A program made the translations under genes and the position numbers. A stretch of DNA of 63,414 nt, filler included, from Octopus bimaculoides (Eukaryota), in NCBI RefSeq assembly GCF_001194135.2. It is 6 parts of 6 records of this genome, joined end to end, with 100 filler letters (N's around TTAATTAATTAA, not from the genome) between each part and the next. Parts side by side here need not be neighbours in the genome. Positions count along the whole stretch, not along the records: positions 35,465 to 61,291 come from NC_068992.1; 5 more parts are not named here. One strand, 5' to 3'. Numbering within the stretch: the stretch's first letter is position 1; each line of letters starts with the position of its first letter. This document shows, piece after piece, positions 39,760 to 53,580 of the stretch. Below the pieces are notes generated by a model. The model was given only the letters and a program-made list of their open reading frames with translations, was not told the DNA's origin and made no database searches.

Positions 39760-40640
39760 AAGCAACCTTTCAGACTCTTGTTCTGTGCTAGATAAATTTT
39801 GAAAGCGAAAACGCTGGACAGAGAGAAAATATGAAAAAATAAGACAAACGCAACGAAGGTAGATGCACAAACTTGAACGAGATGAAAGAAACGAAAGCAA
39901 GAAAATCAAGGTATCCGATCTCCCTAATTTCAGAAACCACAATCAATACAGCTGGTATTGAAAAGTATAACAGAAAATATGCCAAAGTCTGCGAGACAGC
40001 AACTCAATAAGAATCTGGAATTATGCAGTGCGGTGGAATTCTTGGATCTAAGAAGTACATGAGATCCTTTTGCTACGAGTAAGTTACATTTCTCAGATCC
40101 ATTAGTAAACGGCTTGGATTTTCTCGCGATTGACCACTTCACTGTATGCGGTATGGTGTTGGTCTTCAAACTTCACACACGGCTACCCAACTTCGTTGCG
40201 TCATTTTTTCGATTCGCCGAAAAGAAGGTAGGTAGTCTACATAACGCTTTATTGAAATCGCCTTTCCGATGTAATTCGGCTTTTCAGTTAGGTAATCTTG
40301 AAGCACTACTGTCACTTCTGTCTCGTACATGACGGAGTTGTAACTGTCGAAAACCTAAAGCTTGCCCACTCGAACAGGCGTGTAATATAAACTGCGCCAT
40401 ATACGAAGCAGAATTAGCAGCAACGCTTCAAGATAACCTAATTGAAAAGAAGAATTACATTGGATTGTGTGAAGGTGGCCTAGAATAAAAACCCAGAAGT
40501 GAAAGAGCTTTGGTTTCAAGGGACCACAACTATTCAATACTCTGCCAAACAACTTCAGAGATTTGCGAGCTGTATATATGAACGTCTTCAAATAACATGT
40601 GGACATACTTTTTATCTGAAATACTAGATGAATGCACATC
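39760..40640. mobile_element. Penelope-like element remnant (GIY-YIG endonuclease) with a head-to-head inversion
   Basis: Minus: KPNYIGKAISIKRY...KWSIARKSKPFTNGSEKCNL; plus: CNCRKPKACPLEQAC...AIYEA...KKNYIGLCEG from 40339; inverted 40-bp match 40265-40304 / 40425-40464. Confidence 0.8.
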
Positions 40641-41507
40641 GCATCAGGAGGCAGAAAGAAGAGCAGCTCCGTTAAACTCGCTATTTGACCAGAAACAGTA
40701 TACGAAAGAAACCCAAACTCACTGAGGGGTGGTGCCGTTGCATGGCCTCAGTAAAACATAAAACATATGTTATCTGCGTTCTTGTTTGTTTTCCAGTTTT
40801 AGAAGGTTTCTGTGCTCATTCTAGTTAGTCGAGTGACTTTGTAGGGGCTCCCATGTCATCTCGATAAAATTGACTGAGAAACCAAAGAAAGAAATGACCA
40901 ATAATTTTCTGGAAATTCTGAGACATCAAAAAATAAAATAGAACACGAACACCAACAACATCAACAACACCGATATATACGTAATGCCAATAGATGTCAT
41001 TCTTAATTTGGCTTGGCTTCTAAGGGATCACGATTTTCTTGTGATAAAATATTAAATATAAAATAGCCCTCGAGAAATTTCGTCTGCTTTTTGTATAAAA
41101 ACCTATATATTCGTCTGTGTCCTGATGGCAGACGTTGGAGGCTAGAGGACAGAAATGGTAATAAATATTCCAGAAATATTTTCTGTTATTAACTTGGATG
41201 GCTTCAAACAGACATTATTCTAACAGAGACACAATGAGACACACTCTCACATACACACACATACATGCACATTAGTTTCTTTACAGGCATACGTAGATAT
41301 ATGCACATATGTTAGCGGTGGTAAATATCAATGTGTATGTGTGTATTTATATCTATATTCATGTACGTGAGTGTTTGCACGTTCGTTTTATAGCGGCTAA
41401 AAAAAGACATTTTTACACAGTAATCTCACATCAAGCGAGATTAACTTTTAGACCAATACACAAACGCACATACACACACACACACAAAGACACACAAACA
41501 TACACAC

Positions 41508-41627
<120 letters not shown>

Positions 41628-44447
41628 ATCCTGTTTCTCCGTTTTTTGATCAAAACTTACTTGGTTTCGTTTAACTGTTTTATTTCCGTGAATAGTTTCT
41701 TAACTTTCATTATCAAAGGTATTTAGTCAGTGTTTCTGTCATTTTCATTCTTCTTCTTTCGGTGCCTTGAGTTTTCTTTTCTTTTTTTTGTTCAAATTTT
41801 GTATTTATTTATAAGTTTTATTTTTGTGATTTGTAAAAAGAAGATATTTTTCGCATATTTATTTTTGTTCATTTAACTATTTTACTTTTATTTCTATTTT
41901 TTTTTTGCTTGTTATTTTCGAAGTTTCTCCGAAAGACCAAAACTTTGCTGACTAATTGAATTATTGATGACTCAAAATCAATCAAACCTTGGAACACTCG
42001 AAAAATTTTCTTAAAAACGGAACACATTCCTACGTTCTCACATAAAACAAAAGTCCACAAACGTTGGCACTCATATTGCAACTCGTATAATTTTTGCTCA
42101 CATTTTCTTTCTTCGTTTTGTATCTTACTTCTTTAGTTTCTATTTTCTTAAATATGTTTTGGCAGTTTGTGTGTTATTTGTTTGTCTATTTATACATTTT
42201 ATTTTACATTTCATTCATCTTAGAATTCCATGTTAAGTTTTGGTTTGATCAACATTAGATCGGTTCATTTCTTATTGCCGTCTTACCAAAAGTTGTCGGA
42301 TAGTTTAATTTGCAGTGGGAATTCAAAGCACGACATGGAAATGCTGTGAGAATAGAATAACAAAAATAATCAGAATACCAAATGAATTTGTTAGATGAAA
42401 CATTCCTATAAGTTTGCTGGCGTTTCGACCTTGATTCTATGTTTGATTATATATGTTAGTAGTTTTTATCGTTGTTCGTGTAATGGCTGATATTTTTTAA
42501 AGGAACAACTACGAATATTTAATGAAATTACAACAGGATTGGCTTTTTTGGTGGATTATTTAATTTCCATTTTGTAGCAAACAAAACCTAATAGGAACTA
42601 ACAGGGAAATTTTTATTAAAAAAATTATACCAATCAGTAATTTTCACAAGGCTTTGTGAGTTGGATTTGAAGACAATAAAAGAGGTAGATTAGAGGTGAT
42701 AGATAATGAAATAATAGAGAAAGGAGAATGAGACGCTCTGTTAATGCTTTTCCTGCACTTTAAAAAACAAGGAAATAAGCTGAAGAGATGACAGGCATTA
42801 TGGATTTGAATTGATTTGGACAATCGGTACCACAGGTTCGAGAATTAGTGACGTCCAAAAGTAAAGATGAAAATTAACAAATACGACTTATAGATTCTGT
42901 GACAGAATTTTGTTTACAGGGCATTTCACTGTGGCCGTTAAGGGCTATGTCTGAGTCAACGAAATGCCACCTTCGTAGTTTCCTCACTCATCTAGTTTTG
43001 CAATTTGTCTTATATGTACACAGAGATAGTTGCGACTTGTCTTCTTTTTCCGATCGCCCGTGCGGAATCATCTTTTATTAAAGTATAGTCAGTGTGAAAC
43101 AGGTGAATTGCTGTTCTTGTCACTGATGGGGAGGAGGTATTGACTGTGGAAAATTAATGCGTGCTCAATAAAGAAAATATAGTATTCACATTGTTTAAAG
43201 AATATTAACTACAAACATATTACTCAAAACAAACTTCACCTCTAAAGTAACATAGATATTACTAAAGGCGCTCTGTCCATGACCAATGAATTTATACTTT
43301 CTAAGGCTGTATTTTGCAATTTGTTATTTTTGTTATTGCCCCAATCTATTTATTTTTAACACAATAGCTGTTGATTTGAGAACAATTTCGCTTCCATTTC
43401 TTGTAGGTCGATCGACCACATAGCTGCTGTTGCAAAGTTCAAGTTATCTAAGCTATTCGCTTTAATTTACACAAAACCATCATTCATTTGCTGTTTTATA
43501 ACGATCTAGCACTAAATATACGTAACGAAAGACGAACAATTTTACATTTTCTAATGGAATGTAATAAAATAGATAGAAATCTCTAAATAAAGCAAATTCA
43601 CTAAGAGTTTTATCTCCACTTAATGTATTATTTATAGACGACTAAGTCTTAATGAATTTAAATGGATGATTTCAGAGAAGAATATGGCCAAATAAAAAGA
43701 AGCGAATTTAAATATACGACATAGGAAGAATGTAAGAAATAAATAATGATTGAGTTTAATTCCAAGATGTTGCAGATGTTTGTTGCACAATACATTTCCA
43801 TCCTTTAAAACTAGCATAAAAGAACGAACTGTTAAAATACTCAATCACTCGAATACACTTGGATGCTGCAATAAATATTATTCATATTATTAACATTAAT
43901 ATTATCTTTACTAAGATGTGTTTGCCGTTTTGATTTTATTTCTTCCTCGCTGTCCACCATTAATGCAATGTCTTCCGTTAAAGATTACAAACAAAAAATA
44001 ATATAATGGAAAGAAACATCTAACATAAACACAATCCCTATTTTCATCTGCACCAAATGCAATATTTGATACTCAAGTGTTTTGTTCTTTTTTCGCTTGA
44101 AAAACAATGTTTGATTTTTAGCTTTTAGGAATCAATCAATTCTAGAAATATCATTTCTTAAACAGTGTGTTTTCAGTCTTCAATGTAATAAAAGATGGTT
44201 AGTGCTTATTGGAGATAGCTAATGAAAATTATATTTACAATGTTTAAACAATATAAACAGGAAATAAATCTAATTCCGGGAAATAAACAAAATGGAATAG
44301 GCAGAAACTGCATCAAGTCAAATACTATTTGTGGATAAGATAACATTATAAATGAAAAAATATACAACGAAATCATAAAAATATAAAACACACTGCCTCA
44401 TACACATACACACAGATATACATATATATATGAATTTGTATATATGC

Positions 44448-44487
<40 letters not shown>

Positions 44488-44789
44488 ATGTATATATATA
44501 TGTCATGTATGTGTGCATGTATACATGTATTTGACTGCGTTATGAACATTTTAATGAGAATTATAAGATTAAAATTAAACGTACTATTGGAAAATTAAGT
44601 GATTTGTATTTCAAGATTCAATATTGTATTACAGAATAACAATGATGGCGGCGACTAAAGCAACGTACAACAGAATCATAAAATTGAGAAGTTTATACAG
44701 TATGGTTGTGAGTTCAAAAAACCCCCAAACTTCTTAATGTTACTACTTCACGATGTACATCTGAATACATCAGATTCTATAACTAAAGA

Positions 44790-45378
44790 CACGAAGAAGC
44801 AGAATCGTTAGTGCGACGGACAAACTGCTTAGAGGCATCTCTTCCAGCTCTTCACGTTCCGAGTTGAAATTCCATCGGGGTCTAATTTCTTTTTATTTTT
44901 ATCAGTTGAGTACTGGGGTCTTCTTCCAAAATTTCTTAGTTTAAATTCCACCAAGGTCGACCTCAACTGTCATCTTTTCAGGGTAGATAAAATGAGCACC
45001 AGTTGAGCACTGGAACCAACGTAATAAACTTGATATCTCCTCAAATTTGCTGAACTTGTACCAAAATTGGAATCCATCATATAAGTAAACAAGGGCGAAG
45101 TGTTGGCAGAAACTTTAGCGCAACAGAAACATTAGCGCAACAAGAAGGCGACGTGCTGGCAGAAACGTTAGCACGCCGGGCGAAATGTTTAGCTGTATTT
45201 CGTCTGCCGTAACGTTCTGAGTTCAAATTCAGCCGAGGTCGACTTTGCCTTTCATCCTTTCGGGGTCGATAAATTAAGTACAAGTTATGCACTGGGGTCG
45301 ATGTAATCGACTTAGTCCCTTTGTCTCTTCTTCTTTGTCTCCTCTGTGTTTAGCCCCTTGTGGGCAGTAAAGAAATAA
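44790..45378 (+). mobile_element. Cluster of SINE family B copies; a well-preserved copy at ~45130-45378
   Basis: ctggcagaaacgttagcacgccgggcgaaatg...gttctgagttcaaattc...gaggtcgactttgcc...gccccttgtgggcagtaaagaaat. Confidence 0.85.
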
Positions 45379-47845
45379 GAAACATTAGCGCCACAGATAA
45401 AATACTTTGCGGCAATTATTCCGTATCATTACGTTGAGTTCAAAACCTGCCCAGGTTAAATTTGCTTCTAACTATGGCGGTTCAATAAAATGAATTACCA
45501 ACCAAGTGCTGTGGCATAAGTTATTAACTAATCACCCCACAGTCAAAGCGCTGAATTTGCCTAATTAAGAAATTGTAGCATGTGCAAAGTTTGGTTTTTT
45601 TCCACGAATAACGTGGGACTCGTAAATAGTCTCTCAAAGTGGTCAAACAATTAGGATATTTCTATTAAATTACATCCTACAATCTGGGAAGAAAAACAAA
45701 GAATCCTTAGGTAATACAGTCCTGCATATGAACTCCCCGAGTTTAATGGAGATTATGAATAAGATCCTTTTTAATATAGTTCTGTCAGAAAGGGATGCCT
45801 AGGGCTCTTGACAAAATCAAATTTCTTTCCTCTGCATACCGGTCCTCAATCGGACAAATACCAGAAGTATCATTGTCATATTCTAGGACATTAAATTATC
45901 TCTAACGCCTTTCTTTAAATGACGAATATTGATATATTATTATAATAAGAAATATCGTAAAGATTGCGGGCGGTGTTTTCTTGCATGTAAACAATTTCTA
46001 TTACATCGTGAAAAATACATCTTCGCCATTCTAAAACATAAAAGACTGTTAATGTTACAGAGACGTTATTTGTTGTCACGTTTAAATAAAGTTAACAGAC
46101 TTTGTGTGCATTTGGATTGTTAATATGTTTCCCATGCTGTAATTGTTTTACTTTCAACGTAGAGTCTCAGATCAAATGACGTGTCTGGCAAGCACACCTC
46201 CGAGACAAACGAATTCTATTCTCGATAAAGGAAGTGATATAATCTCCGTAAATACTAAAGTGTTTAAGAAATGTATTTATATCATGCAACATTTAATTTT
46301 TTTTACCCAGTTTGTAATAATACATTAAATCAAAAAGCGTTGTCATTAGTCATTATATTGAAATGGGGAGTGAGTAATCCAGTTTCTGATTTATATTTTA
46401 TAATCTGCCACCATCCTTGCTTATGTTTTTACACAAAAGGATAAAATGGCGGAGTTTGAAACCTGTATTAAATATAAGATTAATCTTTCCTGAAACAAAA
46501 AATAGGATAAGTGAAGTTTTTCCTGATTATATTGTGGCATCTTGGTTGCAAAGCGAACTTTTTAACCACAGAGCCATACATATTATGACGTAAAGGAAAA
46601 AGAATCAACCCCGATTGCCTACTTAGAAAAATATTTGATTTTTATAAATTCAAATAGCTGAGTCTGTGACTATGTATGATGCTGAACATTTCAACATTAT
46701 TATCTTTTTTTTTTCAGACTGCTCAAGTGTAAAACAGAAATCAAGATAGTAATTCATAAACATTTATACTTCATCAACAGCAATATGTCTTGCGGAGGGT
46801 ATGAACAAGTATGTGACTATATGCATTGACTGAAGTTATGAACGCTTAGGAAAGTTTAAGATGCTCTCATTTGTTGCACAGCTGGGAACTCTATCCTCAA
46901 AACTTTTTTTGTAGGTAATTGTATATTCAACAACATAATTTAAGATAGCGATGTCTTCCGTTCCTGGGATTAATGTACGAGGCAATTTTGTGATGACAAT
47001 AGATACCTATTGTAGACTGGAACCTAAAGGGAAGAGCCTGTGATACCGTTGATAAATGAAAGAGCTGCTTAGGTCGCTGACAACTTTGACCAGTAACAAA
47101 TAGCAGGGATGGCTTACAACAAGAAACATTAAAAAATAAGCTGATTCAGCATTAAGAGAACGATACAAGAGTGATGTTATTGTTATGCAAATTATGGTAG
47201 CGTTGTTATACAAATTGATCAAAGCTATTTATGGCCAGTAAAGGACTATAGTGCCACCTATCGATTAGTATTGTACGACATCACACGACCGAGTTTACAG
47301 TAGAAAATCACACAAAAGAAATTGCTACACAAACCAGGGAACTTTTTTTCTTTTCTCAACAGTAACTACATATAGCTTCGAATATATCTATTTTATCTAC
47401 AAACAAAGGCTATATTTTTTGAAAAATATTCTCTATCTACGCATTACTAATGACTTCTAGAGCAAGATAAGTGGAGTCTTTATAAAGATATAAATCGCTT
47501 AGACGTAAATCTGGCTCCAATGACACAAGTTACTAACTTTGTTCCAACCATTGTTACTTTTTGTATGCCGTAATCAGTGACCGGTTGAGTAAGGAAAGAT
47601 AGAAATGACAACTCTTTGGTTCCTGAATCATTAGTGAAATGGCAGCCAAAACAAGCTATCTGAATGGTAAACTGATCCGAGTGCTTACAATTGAAGCACA
47701 CACCCACTCCCCAAGAGAAGATACAAGCATTCGGCCTGACAATTTCTAACGACAGAATTTAGGTCTCATGTGTTAGATCAACTCTGGACTACAGTAGTGG
47801 ACATTGGTCAACGAAGCATTGGAAAAAGTAGACCTAAAGCACGCA

Positions 47846-48340
47846 GACGACAACGACGACGAACGAAATGAATAGACGGTGCTGCCGTGTCGTACTGCCC
47901 GACGAAAGTGCCGCCGCCCGATGTAATCGCGGCCGACGCTCGCTTGTCTCAAATGCTCATCTTTTTCCCTTCCTTCCAGTCGTTGTCACTTCTCTTCTGT
48001 GGCCGCCGCCACCGCCGTCGTCGGTCGGCGTTTGCTCTGTGGATCTCCGTGCGAGCATTCGTGCCAGCCGACGCTATGGCAGCCGCATGCTTCTTACGCC
48101 TTCGCCATTGCACTGTAAACACGCGTTCATGAAAACAAAAATACATTCTGCCCTCGAATCGGACGAGACGACCCGCCAAACTTAAGCATATCACTGGTAG
48201 GCGCGCGGCGTCCGCAGGTCGCAGGGCAGCGCCCCGCTGTGCTGGTTTCGGCCGCCCGGTGTCGAGTCCGACGCGCTTCTCTCCACCGAGCTCGTCGCTA
48301 CACGAAAGCGCAGTCACGGCGAACCGGCTAACAGCTAGCA
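47846..48340 (+). pseudogene. rDNA-derived GC-rich insertion (probable ITS2 3' part, 28S 5' end, and an unassigned GC-rich segment)
   Basis: CpG-rich island in AT-rich DNA; contains the 28S 5' motif at 48150-48195. Confidence 0.6.
48150..48195 (+). rRNA. 28S (LSU) rRNA 5'-end fragment, non-functional
   Basis: GCCCTCGAATCGGACGAGACGACCCGCCAAACTTAAGCATATCACT matches the conserved eukaryotic LSU start GACCTCAGATCAGAC...ACCCGCTGAA(C/T)TTAAGCATAT; similarity ends after ~45 nt. Confidence 0.75.
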
Positions 48341-51300
48341 CACGCATGTCTGCACCCAATAATATGTATAAGTATGACCAGTTTTAGAAGCGTTTCGGAA
48401 ACGAAAAATATCAACAAATAAAAAGACACTATGTAATTATTTCTGGGATATTCTAGAAATAAATATCATGAAGTAGACTTTTATACCTAATGTGTTTTTG
48501 TCTTTTATTTATTTATTATTATTTTTTTTCTAATAACAGATAGATATAGGCTTATAACTTGATGCTCATGCTATTTGGCTCAATTGAAAATAGTTGTTTA
48601 TATTCAGTATGGATAGGTATAGGATCCCTTTTTATATTCAGTCTTGATAGGTATAGGATCCCTTTTTATGCCACATAAATTGAAATCATGTCCAACTTGT
48701 TCCTTATATTTCTAAGCAAGATATTTAAACACTGCATTCAAAATAGTGGCCAAATTTTTTGGTGGGGGAATCTTCAAACGAGACATGAGACACCAACCAG
48801 CAGACGGTAACTTCAATATATACTCCAAAGAACGTTCTTGAACAGAATTGAATATGACGAAGTGAAATCAATGATTTTTATTTGTATGTCTTTTCAAAGA
48901 TGTAAAAACACAATTATATTTGAAACAATTTGTATTTCAAAACTAGTAATTTGTTTCTCATGAGTAATTTCCTGTTCATATTATATTTCGTATTATTACA
49001 AATTTGTTGAGTTATATTTACAACATTAGGAATAGAAAGTAAAGTTTAATTTTTGCCCAATGTTTCCGAGTAAATTACTCAAAAGGAACATAATACTAAA
49101 TGAGAACATTTTTGACTGTAACACATGACAATATCGCATCGTTTTCTTATTTTCGTTTAAGGAAATTACTCAAATTTCTGTCAAGAGAATTTTTAAATTC
49201 TTTAAGCAACGATGGAATAGACCATTACTACCTAGTTAACATCATTAATTTGACAAAAGCCGCGTAAAATATAGGAGTTTTCTGTTTGTTTGTTTTTGTT
49301 TTTTTTACGCAACCTCTATCACAAAGAGAGACGAACTTAACTAATGGGTGGTTTTATCAACAAACTAGTAGATCATTATCTCATAAAATACTTTAATAAA
49401 AACACTATAACTCTCGACCAATGCAGAATAAGACCTGAGCTGAGTACGTGGCCAGTTTTGATGTTTTAATCCATTTCACTTCTCTACGGAACTCATGTCT
49501 AAGCTCATACATCTTAGAAATGTATACCCCACTGCTTAAATAAATATAAGTCATTGACAGTGATCGCATATTAAGGATTGTCATGCCAAATTCTCTACAG
49601 ACAATCAAATTGCAATATATGTTAATTTACAGACTATAATATTATTATATAACTTCCTGGTTTAAAAGTAATTTAGAAGAAATACTATTTATCAACCTTC
49701 TCCAATAATTTACTGCATAATTCATGAATGGTTTGTGTATAACTGAGTCCTGGTGGACAATCCGAATTTTATGCTTCGGTATCCTGTTGCTGCTGTTGCG
49801 ATACATCTCTGATCAATAACGTTGCAGCCAAGCTAGTCTGCAAAGCTATAAATCGTTTTCTTTGAAATGAACAGTCCAATACCTTAAGGAACAATGAGTA
49901 GTTTGGTATAATATGAAATCAAGTAATTCGTTATTTCTTAGGAATCAAAATTACTTATGCTAGCCCATCAGAGGCTACCATTCGCTACACAAGCGAACAA
50001 AGGAGCCGCAAGAAATAGCAACTAAATAGCAATCATAACATTCATTTTCATATTAATATATGACACATGAGTAATACAGCCCAGAATACACTATTCCAGA
50101 AAAAAATCAATGAGCTTATCCCGGTTTGAATGTCTTTGAACATAGCGCTAATCGATCAAAGTTGTGCTAGACTAAGAAAAGCAGCAACAAGTAAAATGTT
50201 AAGTAAAATGGCTGATGCCTCTTGTAATTACTATATCTTCTGCAATAGAAAATCAACGTTTAGTCTTTTTGTAACAGTTTGGTAAGGGACGCTTACATGG
50301 TAATTTACAACAGTCATACTCAGCAATGTGGCACAAGCGATCCAAAGACCTGCCATCGATAACATGTGAAATATTATGGGCGGTAATGTATTGATGACAT
50401 GCAATAAAAAATAATGAGTTCGATTATAACTAGTTGTAGAAAAATATGATGTGGCCATGGATGGAACGCTTTTACTTGATTAGATCCTACTGAAGAAGTA
50501 CACTGCTTAACAACAGCATTCTCATCCTTATCATTGAGACATCCGTGAAGTCGTCGCTTCCCACGATAGAGAAAGCAGTCAAATATCTTTCATATCACGT
50601 CACTAGAAAGTAAACTTCATATTGGAAAATGTTGTTGTGTAATGACAATTATATGTTTAAAATTTAAAATAAGTACATGAAGAACAAAGTTTAGATTAAG
50701 CCTTTAAAATCACTCGTTGTAGAGGGTCAACAATGGCTTTGACCCAAGGTCTTTTTAATCAGGGCTTATTTGAAGCTAAACAACAACGTCAACAACCCCT
50801 TTTTATGAAAAATATTCATCACACTTGAATTAAACTGAAATAATTGTTGATAAACAAACACAGTCGATTATGAACTCAACATAGAGATAAGTTTAATTCA
50901 ACTCAAGGGAGATTTGAACACACCACTTCGCCAAACAGGATTCATTAGAGTTATACTTTTATTATCATGCGCTGATTTTAATTGAATGCGTTATTGATTG
51001 GTTTATGTCAGGCCGAGTATCGATATTAAGAAAGTCTTATAGTTAACTCAACTGATTTATGCGTATAACTAGCACTTAATTTGTCAATGTGGAAGAGACT
51101 AACAGAAACTGCCAAGAACGCAGTTACTTTAACATTGAAACCTAATAACCAAGATGCAACGCTATAACATATACGACCTACATACCATCTATTAGTTATC
51201 TCCTCTTGTTCTTTCTTCACTACGAATCTGTCCTTCAACTACATATTTTCATCGATTTTCCTATCTCGATGTATTATAATTTGTTTGCATTACTTCTTAT

Positions 51301-53199
51301 TTTAAAAAGTTTTTACAAAGTCTGTAAGATATAGATGCAAATATGTTACCTTTATTTATCTTAAGATGACAGAAATACTCCCAGATAGCTTTCTATACTT
51401 ATTGTATATATGTTTCTGTTCAAATTACTTCTTAATCATTTTTACCAATCAACCTGTTTACAAATTCTTATGGTCAGTAAGAAGAAATAGGGCTGAATCA
51501 TTTTCAGTCAAATTGGAAAGAATAAAGACAAACTTAGAGAGAATACACCGAAAATAACTTGGAAGATGCCCATTCAATAGCTCAGAAAGTCGGCCATTGG
51601 CTATGGCTGATAAAAGATGAAACCTAATTGAAGGAGTGAGGTGTAGGTGTGAGGCAGGTTCCTGTTTGCCTGTATGGCAAATTAAACCAGCATGACCCCA
51701 CAGTTTGAATAGTGCTGATGATGCTGAAGCAAATGGACTTCTAATGGGTGAATGAACTAAGTGAATGAACAATGCGCTCTAAAGTCGTCGAGACTAAGAA
51801 ACGGTGCTCATTTTCTCCTGATGGCGTCTGATGCCTGCTGGCGTCCGGTGTGTGGAGCTTTCGATCGACAGCTTGAATAAACAAGCCGCTTGAAAGACTC
51901 TATAACGAAAGTATCGGATGTATGTGGTTATATCCTAGGAAAACATTGAAATCGACTCCGGTTTCACATTTCAAGAACAAATTTAGTTTTGAGGGCTTAA
52001 AGAACAATGGAATGTTCTGTAAATACTTTAATGCACATTATTGCAATTAGCTCTATTAAAATTTTTAAATATGTAAAATAATATTGCTTAGAAAATATAT
52101 CTTAAGTACATATGGAAGTTATAGCCAAGAAGTGAAAACAAGGCAAATATTAATTTCCCCGCCAGCTTGCAATGATAATTCCCAACAATTTTAGATGTAA
52201 GAGAGTGATTGTCTTTCATACGATATCTTTATAATATCTTAAAATTGGAAAAGATGATTCAAGACTTAACGGAATTATACAGAAAAAACATTCATAAGAA
52301 TAAATTTTATGCACACGGTCAATAATATTCCCAGAATACTCTCGACCACCTGAAATATAAGCTATATTTCCTATATCCGCAGGCATGGTTGTTTGGTTAA
52401 GATGCTAGCATTGCGGCCATGCAGTTTCGGGATTCAGTTCCCACAACACAACCCCTTGGGCAAGAGATTCGGCGTGATACAGGATGCCCCTTAAAATTTC
52501 AGGAACACCTAATTTATACCAGCTCAGTGAACTGGAGTAACGGCAATTAAAGTGTCTTGCTCAAGGATAGAATGTGCAGCCGGGAATCGAACTCAAGGCA
52601 TTGCGATCGTTAGTCGAATACCCTAACCACTAAACTACTCGCCTTTACAAGAATTCACTATAAAATGTTGTGACACGTTCCAATATGAATCATGTGTGTA
52701 TGTAAAGTTTCTACTACATGTATGCATTTTACGTGATCATGAGCGATATTTGGACACGTAAATATATCAGGTGGAATAAGGAGAAGAAAGTAAAAGGCCG
52801 TCAAAGACGTCTGTGTACTACCAGCATCAAGGAATGAACTAGAAACAAGAGCCTGGCTAATTTTATGCATACAGTACACTCCAAAAGGAACTGAAGACTC
52901 CCGGGAAATCATCCCCTGGACACGGCAAAGACATCTGGCTGTTGGCTGGCTGGTATGTTAGTGTTTTGGGACCCATTACGTAAAATATGTACGCTACCTT
53001 GCAATTGTATTCATATCACCATCATCACGCCATTTTGGGTTGCTTTTGGAATAGGCAGGATACAGTCGATGAAAGTGACGGCATTCTATTACTAGTGGTT
53101 AATTTCTGGACCTAGCGTAGAAGTCAATAATCGATCTGGGTTAGTTTGAATCACGAAATAAACATTTAAACTAATGCGCTACGGTACCGATCATTGGTT

Positions 53200-53580
53200 C
53201 AGGCATAGCATTGTAGTTAAGCAGCTCGCTATGCAAACACTTGGTTTCGGGTTTAGTCTACTGCGTGGCACATTAGATATGTGTCTTCTACTTTAACCTT
53301 GGGTTGACCAGTGCCTTGTGAGAGAATTAAGTAATCTCGAAGTGTATGTAAGTACGTCCTACGTATGTGTTTGCGTGCATTTGTGTGCCCCGACCTCTTG
53401 ACAAATGGTGTTGGTTCGTTTGCATCCCCGTAATTTAGTGGTTTCAGCAAAAGAGAAACGATAGAGTAAGTACCAGCTTTTACACAACATAAATACTCGG
53501 GTCAACTTTTTCAACTAAAACATTCAAGGTAGTACTCCAGTCTGGCCGCAATGCAGTGTCTCAAACAAGTAAAAAAGAAT
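53200..53580 (+). mobile_element. SINE family A degenerate copy
   Basis: ggtttcgggtttagtctactgcgtggcacattag...ccagtgccttgtgag...tttagtggtttcagcaaaagag...tctggccgcaatg. Confidence 0.7.

Noticed and set aside
47657-47695. YLNGKLIRVLTIE, resembling the start of an iGluR S1 lobe
   Set aside because: Only 13 residues, no usable donor after it, no PF motif follows, and it is on the opposite strand to the other receptor-like ORF
47007-47707. Minus-strand hydrophobic and Cys-containing ORFs (71 and 75 aa)
   Set aside because: No recognisable motif or consistent splice structure; lengths are within chance expectation for 63 kb
47925-47960. Possible 5.8S rRNA 3' end (cgcttgtct) upstream of the ITS2-like block
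   Set aside because: Too short and divergent to support
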